Of a stretch of 64,000 nucleotides of DNA, positions 18,371 to 27,672 are shown in pieces. Both the position numbers and the translations under genes were made by a program. The DNA comes from an uncultured Gammaproteobacteria bacterium. GTDB taxonomy: Bacteria; Pseudomonadota; Gammaproteobacteria; DRLM01. The stretch is from the NCBI GenBank assembly GCA_963729605.1, contig CAVSNY010000005.1:160001-224000 (forward strand), given 5' to 3'. The notes under the pieces were generated by a model that had not been told where the DNA came from, did no database searches, and was given only the letters and a program-made list of their open reading frames with translations. The first letter of the stretch is position 1. The number at the start of each line of letters is the position of its first letter.

Positions 18371-18964
18371 CTACGCCGCGGAACGCGCCTCGGCCAGGTT
18401 CTGTTCAAAGGCATCCACCGCTTCGGCGCTGAGCGACGTGCCCTCGCCCGAAGTCAAGGTTTGGTGCAAACGATGAATCAGCACGGCATAGTCCTCGGGT
18501 TCGACCCGGGCCAGGTCGCCGTGGCGGGAGGCATCGACCAGACGCTCGGCTATGACGTCGTCCTTGTGCAACTCGCGCAGAATGGGCTCGTAGCGCCACA
18601 ACAGGCCATGCGGTCCTTCCAGGTCGAGCATATATCCCATGATGTCTTTCGCCACCGCGTATTCGCGGCGGTTGCTCGACAACAGATAGGCGAACACGCC
18701 GATCACCGACGAGGGCAGCATGAACATCCACGAGAATTTGGCGAAGGTGTCGAACTCGGTTTTACCGCTCTGCCAGGCGTAATAGGCCAGACCGAAACCG
18801 GCGGCGTACACCGCGCCCGCGACCATTACGCCTACCAGCTTGGCGGCGTGTTTCTGCGGCGTTACCCGCTTCTTGAATTCCAGACGCGGCAGATCAAAGG
18901 TGGCGTCCACATGCCGCAGCACCTGTTTGCGCAATTGCCGTTGATTTTTCCCCTTGGCACTCAT
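18371..18964 (-). CDS. Hypothetical membrane protein (2 TM)
   Basis: 197-aa ORF with two hydrophobic segments and GC-rich codon usage like its neighbours. Confidence 0.7.
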   Translation of the reverse strand: MSAKGKNQRQLRKQVLRHVDATFDLPRLEFKKRVTPQKHAAKLVGVMVAGAVYAAGFGLAYYAWQSGKTEFDTFAKFSWMFMLPSSVIGVFAYLLSSNRREYAVAKDIMGYMLDLEGPHGLLWRYEPILRELHKDDVIAERLVDASRHGDLARVEPEDYAVLIHRLHQTLTSGEGTSLSAEAVDAFEQNLAEARSAA

Positions 18965-18992
18965 AAAACGTCACATCACCCATCGTGTTGAT

Positions 18993-19146
18993 TAGAGCTT
19001 ATCTCAAAAATTAGATTCAGCATCCACAGCCGCATAAGATCGCGGTTCGAATAGATCTTGCAATTGGTGCATAAACCCCCATCTCGAAGCCGGCACTGAA
19101 CGGCATTCCCCCTCTCCCGCAAGCGGGAGAGGGCGGGGGTGAGGGT
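18993..19146. repeat. Partial MITE end plus REP-like palindrome (same families as 14117-14467)
   Basis: TAGAGCTTATCTCAAAA at 18993; cattccccctctcccgcaagcgggagagggcgggggtgagggt at ~19104-19146. Confidence 0.55.
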
Positions 19147-19215
19147 GCCCGGATGTCCACCGAAAATGATCTGTCCCAAAATCGATGCTATGGCTTTCAC
19201 CTAGTAGGCATCGAT

Positions 19216-19638
19216 TCATTTTTCTGGCTCCAAGGCCGGAAAACTGCTGGCGAATTTGCTGATCCATTCCGCCGCGGCCTGTTCGCTGCTCAGCCTGCGC
19301 TGCTCGCGCAGCAATACCTCGTTTTTATACTGTTCGATGTGACAAATCTGTTCCACCATCCGGGTGCGGAAAGCCTCGGCGAAATCGGTGAACACCACGC
19401 CCACCTCGAACGCGCCGCCGTGATCGTTACACCACACCACCTTGCCGGTCACTTCCACATCGCGGTTGATCACCGGGATGCGAATCACGATCTGCGAACC
19501 CATCCGCACCGGCTCCCGCGAATTGAACGACAAGCCGCCGACGCTGACGTTATTCAAATGGTCGTGACGGGCCGCGTCATGTTCCGCCAGCTTGATCTCG
19601 AGAGGAATATTGGATGGATGCCGAATATACTCACGCAT
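19216..19638 (-). CDS. PilZ domain protein
   Basis: RxxxR (REYIRH) and N(V)SxGG (NNVSVGG) c-di-GMP motifs. Confidence 0.85.
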   Translation of the reverse strand: MREYIRHPSNIPLEIKLAEHDAARHDHLNNVSVGGLSFNSREPVRMGSQIVIRIPVINRDVEVTGKVVWCNDHGGAFEVGVVFTDFAEAFRTRMVEQICHIEQYKNEVLLREQRRLSSEQAAAEWISKFASSFPALEPEK

Positions 19639-19718
19639 GCTTCACCCCCGCTTTTACCACCCCTGGCCGAAGTATAACACCGGCCGCCGGGCCGGATTAA
19701 GCCTATGATCAACGGGCG

Positions 19719-20480
19719 TCAATGCCGCAATTTATAGCCGCCTTTCAATAGAAACAGGGTGATAGCGGCCAGCACGGCGAAGCTGACCGCGATCACGCCG
19801 AGGCTCAACCAGGGATTGACATCCGACACGCCGAAGAAACCGTAGCGGAAACCGTCGATCATGTAAAAAAACGGATTGAAGTGCGACACGCCCTGCCAGA
19901 ACGGCGGCAAGGAATGTATCGAGTAAAACACCCCGCTGAGAAACGACAAGGGCAGCACCACGAAATTTTGGAACCCCGCCAACTGGTCGAATTTGTCCGC
20001 CCAGATGCCGGCGATGATGCCGAGCGAACCCAGCACCGCGCTGCCCAACAAGGCGAACGCCAGCAAGACCGCTACGCTGTGCACCGGCAACGCCACGAAC
20101 GCCACCGCCACTACGCACACCCCGAGGCCCACCGCGATGCCGCGTACCATCGCCGCCAGCAGGAAGGCCAGGTAAAACTCCATATAGGACAGCGGCGACA
20201 GCAAGACGAAGACGATATTGCCGGTGATCTTCGACTGTATGAGGCTGGACGAGCTGTTGGAGAAGGCGTTTTGAATCACCGACATCATGATCAGGCCGGG
20301 AATCAGGAAGGCGGTATAACTGACGCCGTCGTACACCTGCACATGTTCTTCCAGGGCATGGGCGAACACCAGAAAATACAGCAGCGCGGTGATGATGGGC
20401 GCCAGCAGGGTTTGCAGCCACACCTTATAAAAACGCAGCAGCTCTTTATACAGCAGGGTGTTGAGTCCGCGCAGATTCAT
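19719..20480 (-). CDS. ABC-2 transporter permease (YadH-like)
   Basis: KELLRF..VW.QT..AP; Y..F++PGLIMM; PLSFLSGVFYS; NPFFYMIDGFRYGF. Confidence 0.9.
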   Translation of the reverse strand: MNLRGLNTLLYKELLRFYKVWLQTLLAPIITALLYFLVFAHALEEHVQVYDGVSYTAFLIPGLIMMSVIQNAFSNSSSSLIQSKITGNIVFVLLSPLSYMEFYLAFLLAAMVRGIAVGLGVCVVAVAFVALPVHSVAVLLAFALLGSAVLGSLGIIAGIWADKFDQLAGFQNFVVLPLSFLSGVFYSIHSLPPFWQGVSHFNPFFYMIDGFRYGFFGVSDVNPWLSLGVIAVSFAVLAAITLFLLKGGYKLRH

Positions 20481-21400
20481 GGCCGGCCCCGCTTGGTCAG
20501 TTGCACGAAGATGTCTTCCAGATCGGCCTCCTCGGTTTGCAGATCCGCCACCTCGCCGCCCGCGGCGCGTAAACCGTCGAGTACGGACATGATGGAGTCG
20601 CGGCCTTTATCCAAATGGAATTCCAGATGCGTGCCGTCGTGTTGCTTCAATATGCCGGCCAACGCGGCGGGCACAGCGGCGAGCGGCGCGGCGAGGATGA
20701 CTTTCAAACGGCTGCGCGCGCCGGTGAGTTTATTCAACAGGGCGGATTTGCCGTCGAGGGCGATCAGCGCGCCGTGGTCGATGATCGCGATGCGGTCGCA
20801 CAACAACTCGGCCTCTTCCAGATAGTGGGTGGTCAACACGATGGTCATGCCTTCGCGATGCAGACGCCTCACGAATTGCCAAAGCGTTTGCCGCAACTCG
20901 ACGTCCACGCCCGCCGTCGGCTCATCCAGCACCAGCACCTTGGGTTTGTGCACCAGGGCCTGCGCGATCAACACCCGCCGTTTCATGCCGCCGGACAGGG
21001 AGCGCATATTGCTATTGGCCTTGTCGGTGAGATCCAAGGCGCCGATCAACTCGTCCAGCCAGGCGTCGTTTTCCTTGCCGAGCCCGAAATAACCGGCCTG
21101 GATGCGCAACACCTCCCGCACCGTGAAGAAGGGATCGAACACCAGTTCCTGCGGCACCACGCCGAGCCCGGCGCGGGCTTGGCGGTAATCGTTCACCACG
21201 TCGTGGCCGAGCACCGTTACCCGTCCGCTGTCGGCGCGCACCAGCCCGGCGACGATGTTGATGAGGGTGGACTTGCCGGCGCCGTTGGGCCCGAGCAGGC
21301 CGAAGAATTCGCCGCGCGCTATGCTGAGATTCAAACCTTGCAGGGCCTGCACCTTGCCGTAGTGCTTGCGCACTTCATTGACTCTAATCGCCGTGTCCAC
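20477..21400 (-). CDS. ABC transporter ATP-binding protein (YadG-like)
   Basis: GPNGAGKST, LSGGMKRR, LDEPTAGVD. Confidence 0.93.
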   Translation of the reverse strand: MDTAIRVNEVRKHYGKVQALQGLNLSIARGEFFGLLGPNGAGKSTLINIVAGLVRADSGRVTVLGHDVVNDYRQARAGLGVVPQELVFDPFFTVREVLRIQAGYFGLGKENDAWLDELIGALDLTDKANSNMRSLSGGMKRRVLIAQALVHKPKVLVLDEPTAGVDVELRQTLWQFVRRLHREGMTIVLTTHYLEEAELLCDRIAIIDHGALIALDGKSALLNKLTGARSRLKVILAAPLAAVPAALAGILKQHDGTHLEFHLDKGRDSIMSVLDGLRAAGGEVADLQTEEADLEDIFVQLTKRGRP

Positions 21401-21469
21401 CGCTACCGCCCGCTGTTTAAAATCACCGGCGCGTCCGCTGAGGCGCCGCTGAAAATCACTCGATCCGAT

Positions 21470-22030
21470 TCAGCCCCGAGCCGCATCCCGCAAGCGCCGC
21501 AACCACGCGAGCACCACGCCGGAAATCTCATCGCCGTTGCGATAGGGATGCAGGTTCACCAAATCCGGAAACTCTTCCGCCAGTTGCAGCACGTTGCCGA
21601 GGTTGACCCGCTGCGCGCCCAAATCGCGCCGGTAAAAACCCAGCAGCGGTTTACGATCATGGATGAAGCGCATGACATTCACGCCCGAACCAAAACCGGC
21701 CTCGTCGAAACAATAAATCGCCGCCCTGGCCTCGCCGCGAAATACGCCGTCGCGTTCCAAAAAGAAGCGGGTGACCTGCCGGTCCGCATCTTCATCCACC
21801 GGCCGCGCCGCGCGCCACGCCGGCCAATCGCGGTCGTAATATTCGATGGGGTCGCAGACCTGGCGCGCCAAGGCCTCCGGCGTCAGCTCGGGAAACTGCC
21901 GTTGATAATAACGGTAGCGGGTGTCGTAACCCAGGCCGCTGGACTCGAGCAGGCCGATCACCGCGACCTTGAAATCGCGGGTGACGCCGCCCGCGTACAT
22001 GCCTTTGCCGCTGACATAACAGGGGATCAC
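21470..22030 (-). CDS. Hypothetical protein, possible nucleoside 2-deoxyribosyltransferase-like fold
   Basis: N-terminal YVSG strand and D..G.GSGV.......KP pattern; fold assignment tentative. Confidence 0.5.
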   Translation of the reverse strand: MIPCYVSGKGMYAGGVTRDFKVAVIGLLESSGLGYDTRYRYYQRQFPELTPEALARQVCDPIEYYDRDWPAWRAARPVDEDADRQVTRFFLERDGVFRGEARAAIYCFDEAGFGSGVNVMRFIHDRKPLLGFYRRDLGAQRVNLGNVLQLAEEFPDLVNLHPYRNGDEISGVVLAWLRRLRDAARG

Positions 22031-22043
22031 GGGCGCGCGCTCC

Positions 22044-22898
22044 TCAAGTCCGGCCCAGTTCGCCGCGCAAGGTGTTGATCACCTCCGCGGTGGACGGCCG
22101 CACGCCGCGCCACAATAAAAACGATTCCGCCGCCTGCTCGACCAGCATGCCCAGGCCGTCGAGCACCACCGCGGCGCCCCGGCCTTCGGCCCACATCATG
22201 AATGGGGTGGGCGCCGCGCCGTACATCATGTCGTAGCACCAGGCGCCCGGCCGCAACAAGCCATCGGGCAGCGGCGGCAATTCGCCGTGCAGGCTGGCGG
22301 CGGTGGCGTTGATGACCAAGTCGAATTGCCGCCCCGCCAGGTCCGGATAGCCGCCGCCCTCCACCTTGCCCAAATGGGAAAAAGCCTGCGCCAAGTCATA
22401 TGCGCGATCCGCCGTGCGGTTGGCGATCAGCACGCCGCGCGGCCGTTGTTCGAGCAAGGGCCCCAGCACCCCGCTGGCCGCGCCGCCGGCGCCCAGCAAC
22501 AGCACCGTTTTATCGGCGATGACGCCGTGATGATTGGCGACGATGTCGGTGACCAAACCCACGCCGTCGGTGTTGTCGCCGTGCAAACCGCCGCCGTCTT
22601 TCACCACCAACACGTTCACCGCCTGCGCCAATTCCGCGCGCGGGCTGCGGGTGTCGGCCAGGCTCCAGGCGTTGCGCTTGAAGGGCACGGTGACGTTCAG
22701 CCCCTTGCCGCCGTGGGCGAGGAAATTGCTCACCGCCTGGTCGAAGCCGCCGACATCGACCTGGATCGCGGTGTAGTTCAGACGCTGGCCGGTCTGCGCG
22801 GCGAACAAACCGTGGATACGCGGCGATTTGCTATGACCGACGGGATTGCCCATCACCGCGTAGAGGGCGGGCTTATCAAAATCGAACAACGAAGACAT
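22044..22898 (-). CDS. aroE: Shikimate dehydrogenase
   Basis: GNPVGHSKSP, NVTVPFK, GDNTDG, GAGGAA, DGLGMLVEQA. Confidence 0.96.
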   Translation of the reverse strand: MSSLFDFDKPALYAVMGNPVGHSKSPRIHGLFAAQTGQRLNYTAIQVDVGGFDQAVSNFLAHGGKGLNVTVPFKRNAWSLADTRSPRAELAQAVNVLVVKDGGGLHGDNTDGVGLVTDIVANHHGVIADKTVLLLGAGGAASGVLGPLLEQRPRGVLIANRTADRAYDLAQAFSHLGKVEGGGYPDLAGRQFDLVINATAASLHGELPPLPDGLLRPGAWCYDMMYGAAPTPFMMWAEGRGAAVVLDGLGMLVEQAAESFLLWRGVRPSTAEVINTLRGELGRT

Positions 22899-23088
22899 GG
22901 GGCCTTCCTTGAGGGCAACGGGGGTGGCGACAGTGGCGGGCATTATAGCGGATAACGCGGTGCCGTCCGGCGCAAAACGCCGCGCCGCGCACCCGCGATG
23001 TCCGCCGCGCGGACGGCGGCTTGAGGCGAAACGCTTCCCGTGTCTATAATGAGCCCACTTTTTCTATTGCCCGGCCTGTTTATCCCAC

Positions 23089-23523
23089 GTGATGCCCGCC
23101 AATAAAAATCTAAACTCCGCGCTGATCCTCGCCATGGCCCTCGCCCTGCTAGCGGGCTGCGCCGCCAAGAAGCCGCCCGCGGCCGCCGATACCAAAGGCA
23201 ATACGACTCATCTCGCGCAGGACCCGACCACCCCGGCCGGTATCGTGGCCTTGAGCCAGCAATTGAAGGCCAGCCAGCGGGTGGTTTATTCCTCCGCCAC
23301 CGGCAAATACGGCTATTTCGTCGGCGGGGAATTGAACGCCGAATACGACCCCTTGTCGCGTTTGCTGGACGTGACCAGCCTGGCCGGCAACGAAGCCATC
23401 GTCTGCAAATATTCGCCGGACGGCGCGCTGTTCGTGGACCCGCAGGGCGCGGCCGATGCCGCCACCCAAGTCAGCCGGTGCAATAACCTCGTGCTCCGGC
23501 TCCAGCGGCACCTCAACCGGTAA
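23089..23523 (+). CDS. Hypothetical lipoprotein (paralog of the C-terminal domain of 26696..27412)
   Basis: Lipobox LAGC; YGYFVGGELNAEYDP...C.Y..DG...RC..LV motif. Confidence 0.7.
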   Translation: MMPANKNLNSALILAMALALLAGCAAKKPPAAADTKGNTTHLAQDPTTPAGIVALSQQLKASQRVVYSSATGKYGYFVGGELNAEYDPLSRLLDVTSLAGNEAIVCKYSPDGALFVDPQGAADAATQVSRCNNLVLRLQRHLNR

Positions 23524-23569
23524 ACCGCGCCCGTCGCCCACCTCGCGGCGGCCGGCTTTCTCCCAGCGC

Positions 23570-24559
23570 ATGACCGCCCTCTTCCCCACACACCGTATCT
23601 GCGTCGCCCCGATGATGGAGTGGACCGACCGGCATTGCCGTTACTTCATGCGGCTATTGTCCAAACACGTTTATTTGTACACCGAGATGGTGACCTGCGG
23701 CGCCATCCTGCACGGCGACGCGGCGCACGCCTTGCGCTTTCATTCCGCCGAACACCCGCTGGCGTTGCAACTGGGCGGCAGCGATCCCGCCGACTTGGCG
23801 GCCAGCGCGCGCATCGCCGCCGAATTCGCTTATGACGAGATCAATCTCAATGTCGGCTGCCCCAGCGATCGCGTCCAAACCGGTCGCTTCGGCGCCTGCC
23901 TGATGGCGGAACCGCAACACGTCGCCGACTGCGTGGCGGCCATGGCCGCGGCGGTGACCCTGCCCGTCACCGTGAAATGCCGCATCGGCATCGACCATCT
24001 CGACAGCTACGAACACTTCCGGCATTTCATCGCCACCGTCGCCTCCGCCGGTTGCAAGACATTCATCGTCCACGCCCGCAAGGCCTGGCTGCACGGCCTC
24101 AGTCCCAAAGAAAATCGCGACGTGCCGCCGCTGCGTTATGACCTGGTGCACCGCATCAAACAAGAACTGCCGCACTTGGAGATCATCATCAACGGCGGCA
24201 TCACCGACCTCGACCAGGCCGAGACCCAGCTCCACCACGTCGATGGCGTGATGATGGGCCGCGCGGCCTATCACAATCCCGGCCTGCTGGTGGACGTGGA
24301 CCGGCGCTTTTATCGCGACCCCCACCCCGCGCCGACCCAGCGGGAGGTGGTGGAACGATTACTGCCTTATGTTGAAGCGCAATTGACGGCGGGGACGCAA
24401 CTCCATCACATCACCCGCCACGTCCTCGGTCTGTTTCAAGGACAGCGCGGCGCGCGCGCCTGGCGCCGTTACTTAAGCGAACACGGCCACCGCGCGGGCG
24501 CGGGTCCGGAAGTAGTGCGCGCGGCGTTGGCGAAAATAGATTCAGAAGTGCACGTCTAG
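23570..24559 (+). CDS. dusA: tRNA dihydrouridine(20/20a) synthase
   Basis: APMMEWTDRHCR, QLGGS, NLNVGCPS, VHARKAWL.GLSPKENR. Confidence 0.95.
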   Translation: MTALFPTHRICVAPMMEWTDRHCRYFMRLLSKHVYLYTEMVTCGAILHGDAAHALRFHSAEHPLALQLGGSDPADLAASARIAAEFAYDEINLNVGCPSDRVQTGRFGACLMAEPQHVADCVAAMAAAVTLPVTVKCRIGIDHLDSYEHFRHFIATVASAGCKTFIVHARKAWLHGLSPKENRDVPPLRYDLVHRIKQELPHLEIIINGGITDLDQAETQLHHVDGVMMGRAAYHNPGLLVDVDRRFYRDPHPAPTQREVVERLLPYVEAQLTAGTQLHHITRHVLGLFQGQRGARAWRRYLSEHGHRAGAGPEVVRAALAKIDSEVHV

Positions 24560-24637
24560 TCCCTCCCCCATCCCGACCTTACCGACCGAGGGAAAGAGTG
24601 GTGGGACACGAAGAGGTAGCGCCGCGGAAAAAATCAT

Positions 24638-24717
24638 TTGGCCGCCAAGACGCCCAGGCCTTTGGTCTTTCGATCGAAGGGATTTTTTTTCTTGGCGTCC
24701 CCCGTCTTGGCGGCCAA
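24638..24717. repeat. Intergenic inverted repeat between convergent dusA and mtnC
   Basis: ttggccgccaagacg ... cgtcttggcggccaa, 15-bp perfect arms. Confidence 0.7.
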
Positions 24718-24733
24718 GAAATGACAGCGGCGG

Positions 24734-25408
24734 CTAGACCTGTATCTCGTCGAAGCCGCGCACTTGAGGATGGGCGGCATGGGGTGTCGGATCGCCTTCG
24801 CGCACCAGCCAGATGGTTTTATAACCGGCGGCACGGGCGGCATCCAATTCTTCCTCGATGTCCGAGAGAAACAGCATCTCCGCCGGGGCCAAACCCGCCT
24901 CGGCGGCGATCTTGAAATAGGCGTCGGGCTCGCGCTTGCCGCCGATGTGAGTGTCGAAATAACCGCTGAACAGCGGCGTGAGATCGCCGTAATCGCTGTG
25001 GCCGAAAAGCAAGCGCTGCGCCTGCACCGAGCCCGACGAGAACACATACAGCCGCAGCCCCTGGCCATGCCATTGCTTGAGTCGGCGCGCCGCGTCTTCG
25101 TAAAGGTGACCGGTGAAATCGCCGCGGCGGTAACCCTCCTCCCAAATCATGCCCTGCAGCGTCTTCAGCGGCGTGATCTTTTTGTCCTCGGCGATCCAGC
25201 GCAGCAATTGGGCGATGGTCTCATCGAGACTCAAATCCCGTTCTACCGCCGCGTGCACCGCCTGTAACTGTTCGCGCACCGCGGGCCGATGCTGGTGCTC
25301 GCGCACGAATGCCGCCAAATGCGCCCGCGCGTAAGGAAACAAGACATCCTTCACGAAAGAGAGCGAGGTGGTGGTGCCTTCGATGTCGGTGACGATGGCC
25401 TTGCTCAT
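24734..25408 (-). CDS. mtnC: Enolase-phosphatase E1 (acireductone synthase)
   Basis: TDIEGTT, FVKDVLFPYA, LKTLQGMIW, FSSGSVQAQRLLF, FLSDIEEELDAA. Confidence 0.95.
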   Translation of the reverse strand: MSKAIVTDIEGTTTSLSFVKDVLFPYARAHLAAFVREHQHRPAVREQLQAVHAAVERDLSLDETIAQLLRWIAEDKKITPLKTLQGMIWEEGYRRGDFTGHLYEDAARRLKQWHGQGLRLYVFSSGSVQAQRLLFGHSDYGDLTPLFSGYFDTHIGGKREPDAYFKIAAEAGLAPAEMLFLSDIEEELDAARAAGYKTIWLVREGDPTPHAAHPQVRGFDEIQV

Positions 25409-25962
25409 CAGGCGGCGGTCACGAAGTCGTCCATGGTGGGAAAGGCCTTGGCGATGGCGCTGCCGGTGTAGTCGGCCACCCAGCCTTCGGGGGTGGTGAA
25501 CAAACGGATGCATTTAAGGCGCGGTTCGGCGCCGAGATCGAACCAATGGGGGGTGTTAGCGGGCACGCTCAGCAGATCGCCGCGTTCGCAGAGGATGCCG
25601 TACACCTTGTCGTCGGCGTGAATGAAGAACAGGCCGCGGCCCTCCACGAAGAAACGCACCTCGAAATCGCTGTGGACATGTTCGTCGAGAAATTTTTTGC
25701 GCAGCGCGACCTTGTCGGGGTGATCGGGCGTCAGGCTGATCACGTCGGCGGATTTGAAGTTGTACAGCTTCATCAAGCGGTCCACCGAACCGCGATAGGC
25801 GTCGATGATCTCATCCTGGCTGGCGTTATTGTTCAAGGCGCGTTTGGCCTCCCAGCGCTCGAACAACACGCCGATGCCGTGCAGCTTGGTCGCGATGGTA
25901 TCCACGTCGCGCGCGGTTTCCAACAGTTCGGCGTTTTCCCGGTAAATGGACAATGTCGTCAT
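25408..25962 (-). CDS. mtnD: Acireductone dioxygenase
   Basis: FLDEHVHSDFEVRFFVEGRGLF...SVPANTPHWFD. Confidence 0.95.
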   Translation of the reverse strand: MTTLSIYRENAELLETARDVDTIATKLHGIGVLFERWEAKRALNNNASQDEIIDAYRGSVDRLMKLYNFKSADVISLTPDHPDKVALRKKFLDEHVHSDFEVRFFVEGRGLFFIHADDKVYGILCERGDLLSVPANTPHWFDLGAEPRLKCIRLFTTPEGWVADYTGSAIAKAFPTMDDFVTAA

Positions 25963-26091
25963 GATATTCACTCCGCCTGTTACCAACTCAAGGGCCGCCT
26001 CCGGACCCGGAACCGCACCCTGACAAAGTGGGGCATTGTAGCCCCCGCCCTTCGCGGCGCTCAAGCACGCGCGCGCCGTCGCGGCCGCGTA

Positions 26092-26394
26092 TCAATCGTC
26101 CAGCATTTCCGGCGACCAGCCCATGGCGCGGGCGCGTTTTATCGCCGCGTCGTAAATCGCCTGATGGCGTTCGCGCAGCGGTTCGGGCAGTTTGTTCACC
26201 ATGTGGCCATAAGGGGCCCAGGCCTCGGTCACGCGGTCATACAAGGCCTGAATCCGGTCCAGGCTCCAGCCCTCGCAGGTTTCACTCTCGGGCAGCAAAC
26301 CAAATACCCAGGCGTCGCGGATGATATTGCCCGTGGGGTTCATGCCGCCGTATTCATCCTTATCAAGACCAACATAGGTCCGGTTCGCGCTCAA
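26092..26394 (-). CDS. Hypothetical protein
   Basis: 100-aa ORF, TTG start after an AGGAGAGG RBS; no recognised domain. Confidence 0.7.
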   Translation of the reverse strand: MSANRTYVGLDKDEYGGMNPTGNIIRDAWVFGLLPESETCEGWSLDRIQALYDRVTEAWAPYGHMVNKLPEPLRERHQAIYDAAIKRARAMGWSPEMLDD

Positions 26395-26695
26395 AATGCC
26401 TCTCCTACAAAAAATAAATTAATGATTGGACAGATTAAACTGCCATGCCGCGCCGTGCCCGGCGAAGACGGCGAGCCAAAGCCGCCCATCCCGGGGGGGT
26501 ATAGTACCATCCGCGCGCGGCGCGGGACGTGTCCGCTACCCCTCGCCGGCCCTCCATATCCCGTTCCCCTTGAGCGCTGAGGCTAAAATCATTACCTTGT
26601 ACGCTCTTGACTCGACTGGTTGAGGGGATGTCGTACTATCGGATTGACTTTAATTCAGACCGCTGCATGCGGCAAACAATCAAAAAGGGGGGCAT

Positions 26696-27412
26696 ATGCG
26701 CAACAACTATTTAGGATTGATCGGTTTCTTATCATTGACGGTGATACTTGCCGGCTGTAGCACCAGCCAGGGCACGGCCAAATTAAACCAGAGCGAGGCG
26801 CCCGCCAGTTCAGCGGCAATGACGGACGAGCCGGCCACTACGGACGAAGCGGCGGCCATCTCCGCCGCAGAACCCGCCGACCCGGTGTCGACTGAGACCG
26901 ACGCCGCCCCTGCCGACACCGCCGCCGCCCCTGCCGACACCGCCGCCGCCCCTGCCGGTGACGCCACCGGCAACACCGCCGACGCCGCCGCCAGCCCGAC
27001 CGAACCCGCGGCGGACGCGGCACCCGCCGCCATTGCTCCCGCCGCCGCACCGGCCAGCACCGCACCGGCCGCCACGCCGGAAACCCCCAGCGACGCGCAG
27101 ATCGCGGCGAAACTGTTGCCGCTGCCGCCCGAAGGCGTCATCAAAACCGTGAGGAAACTCACCAAACACCCGCGTGTGCTCTATATGAGCGACAAGGCGC
27201 AATACAATTACTACGTCGGCGGCCAATTCAACGCGGAATACAACCCGGGCAAACAAGTCTTCACCATCAGCAACGATGGGCGCGAGGACAAACCCGTCAC
27301 CTGCCGATACGGTAAAGACGGCGAGTTGCTCGACAAAAAAGAGGCCAATGCCGATACGGTGCAGCGCTGCGGCGAACTGGTCCACACCTTGTCCAATTAC
27401 CTGTCCAACTGA
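26696..27412 (+). CDS. Lipoprotein with Ala/Pro-rich linker and C-terminal domain paralogous to 23089..23523
   Basis: Lipobox LAGC; ~100-aa low-complexity A/P/T/D linker; YNYYVGGQFNAEYNP...C.Y..DG...RC..LV. Confidence 0.75.
   Translation: MRNNYLGLIGFLSLTVILAGCSTSQGTAKLNQSEAPASSAAMTDEPATTDEAAAISAAEPADPVSTETDAAPADTAAAPADTAAAPAGDATGNTADAAASPTEPAADAAPAAIAPAAAPASTAPAATPETPSDAQIAAKLLPLPPEGVIKTVRKLTKHPRVLYMSDKAQYNYYVGGQFNAEYNPGKQVFTISNDGREDKPVTCRYGKDGELLDKKEANADTVQRCGELVHTLSNYLSN
26902..26957 (+). repeat. 21-bp in-frame tandem repeat (AAPADTA), ~2.6 copies
   Basis: cgccgcccctgccgacaccgc repeated inside the linker. Confidence 0.8.
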
Positions 27413-27442
27413 CCTCCAACGGACTCGGGCGTCATTTCCGCC

Positions 27443-27545
27443 CACCCTCTCCCACAAGGGGAGAGGGTGGGATGAAGGCGTTCAGATAACCGCCATCCCT
27501 ACGCGAAAACACCCCTCCCTCATCCTGACCCTCTCCCGCCCGCGG
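27443..27545. repeat. Degenerate CCCTCTCCC-GGGAGAGGG REP-like pair
   Basis: ccctctcccacaaggggagaggg and ccctcatcctgaccctctcccgcccgcgg. Confidence 0.55.
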
Positions 27546-27672
27546 AATGCGTTGAGATTTTTCTGTACCGAACGCCGGCTTTACCGCGTCAAACCGAAAG
27601 TGCACACTAGGTCCGCGAACATCGGCGGCAACGACGCGCGGCCGGCATAAAAAACTCAAGGAGGGGCAAGGC

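Noticed and set aside
24734-25962. mtnC-mtnD without mtnA/mtnB as an unusual pathway
   Set aside because: Methionine salvage genes are often split across loci; cannot be judged from one window
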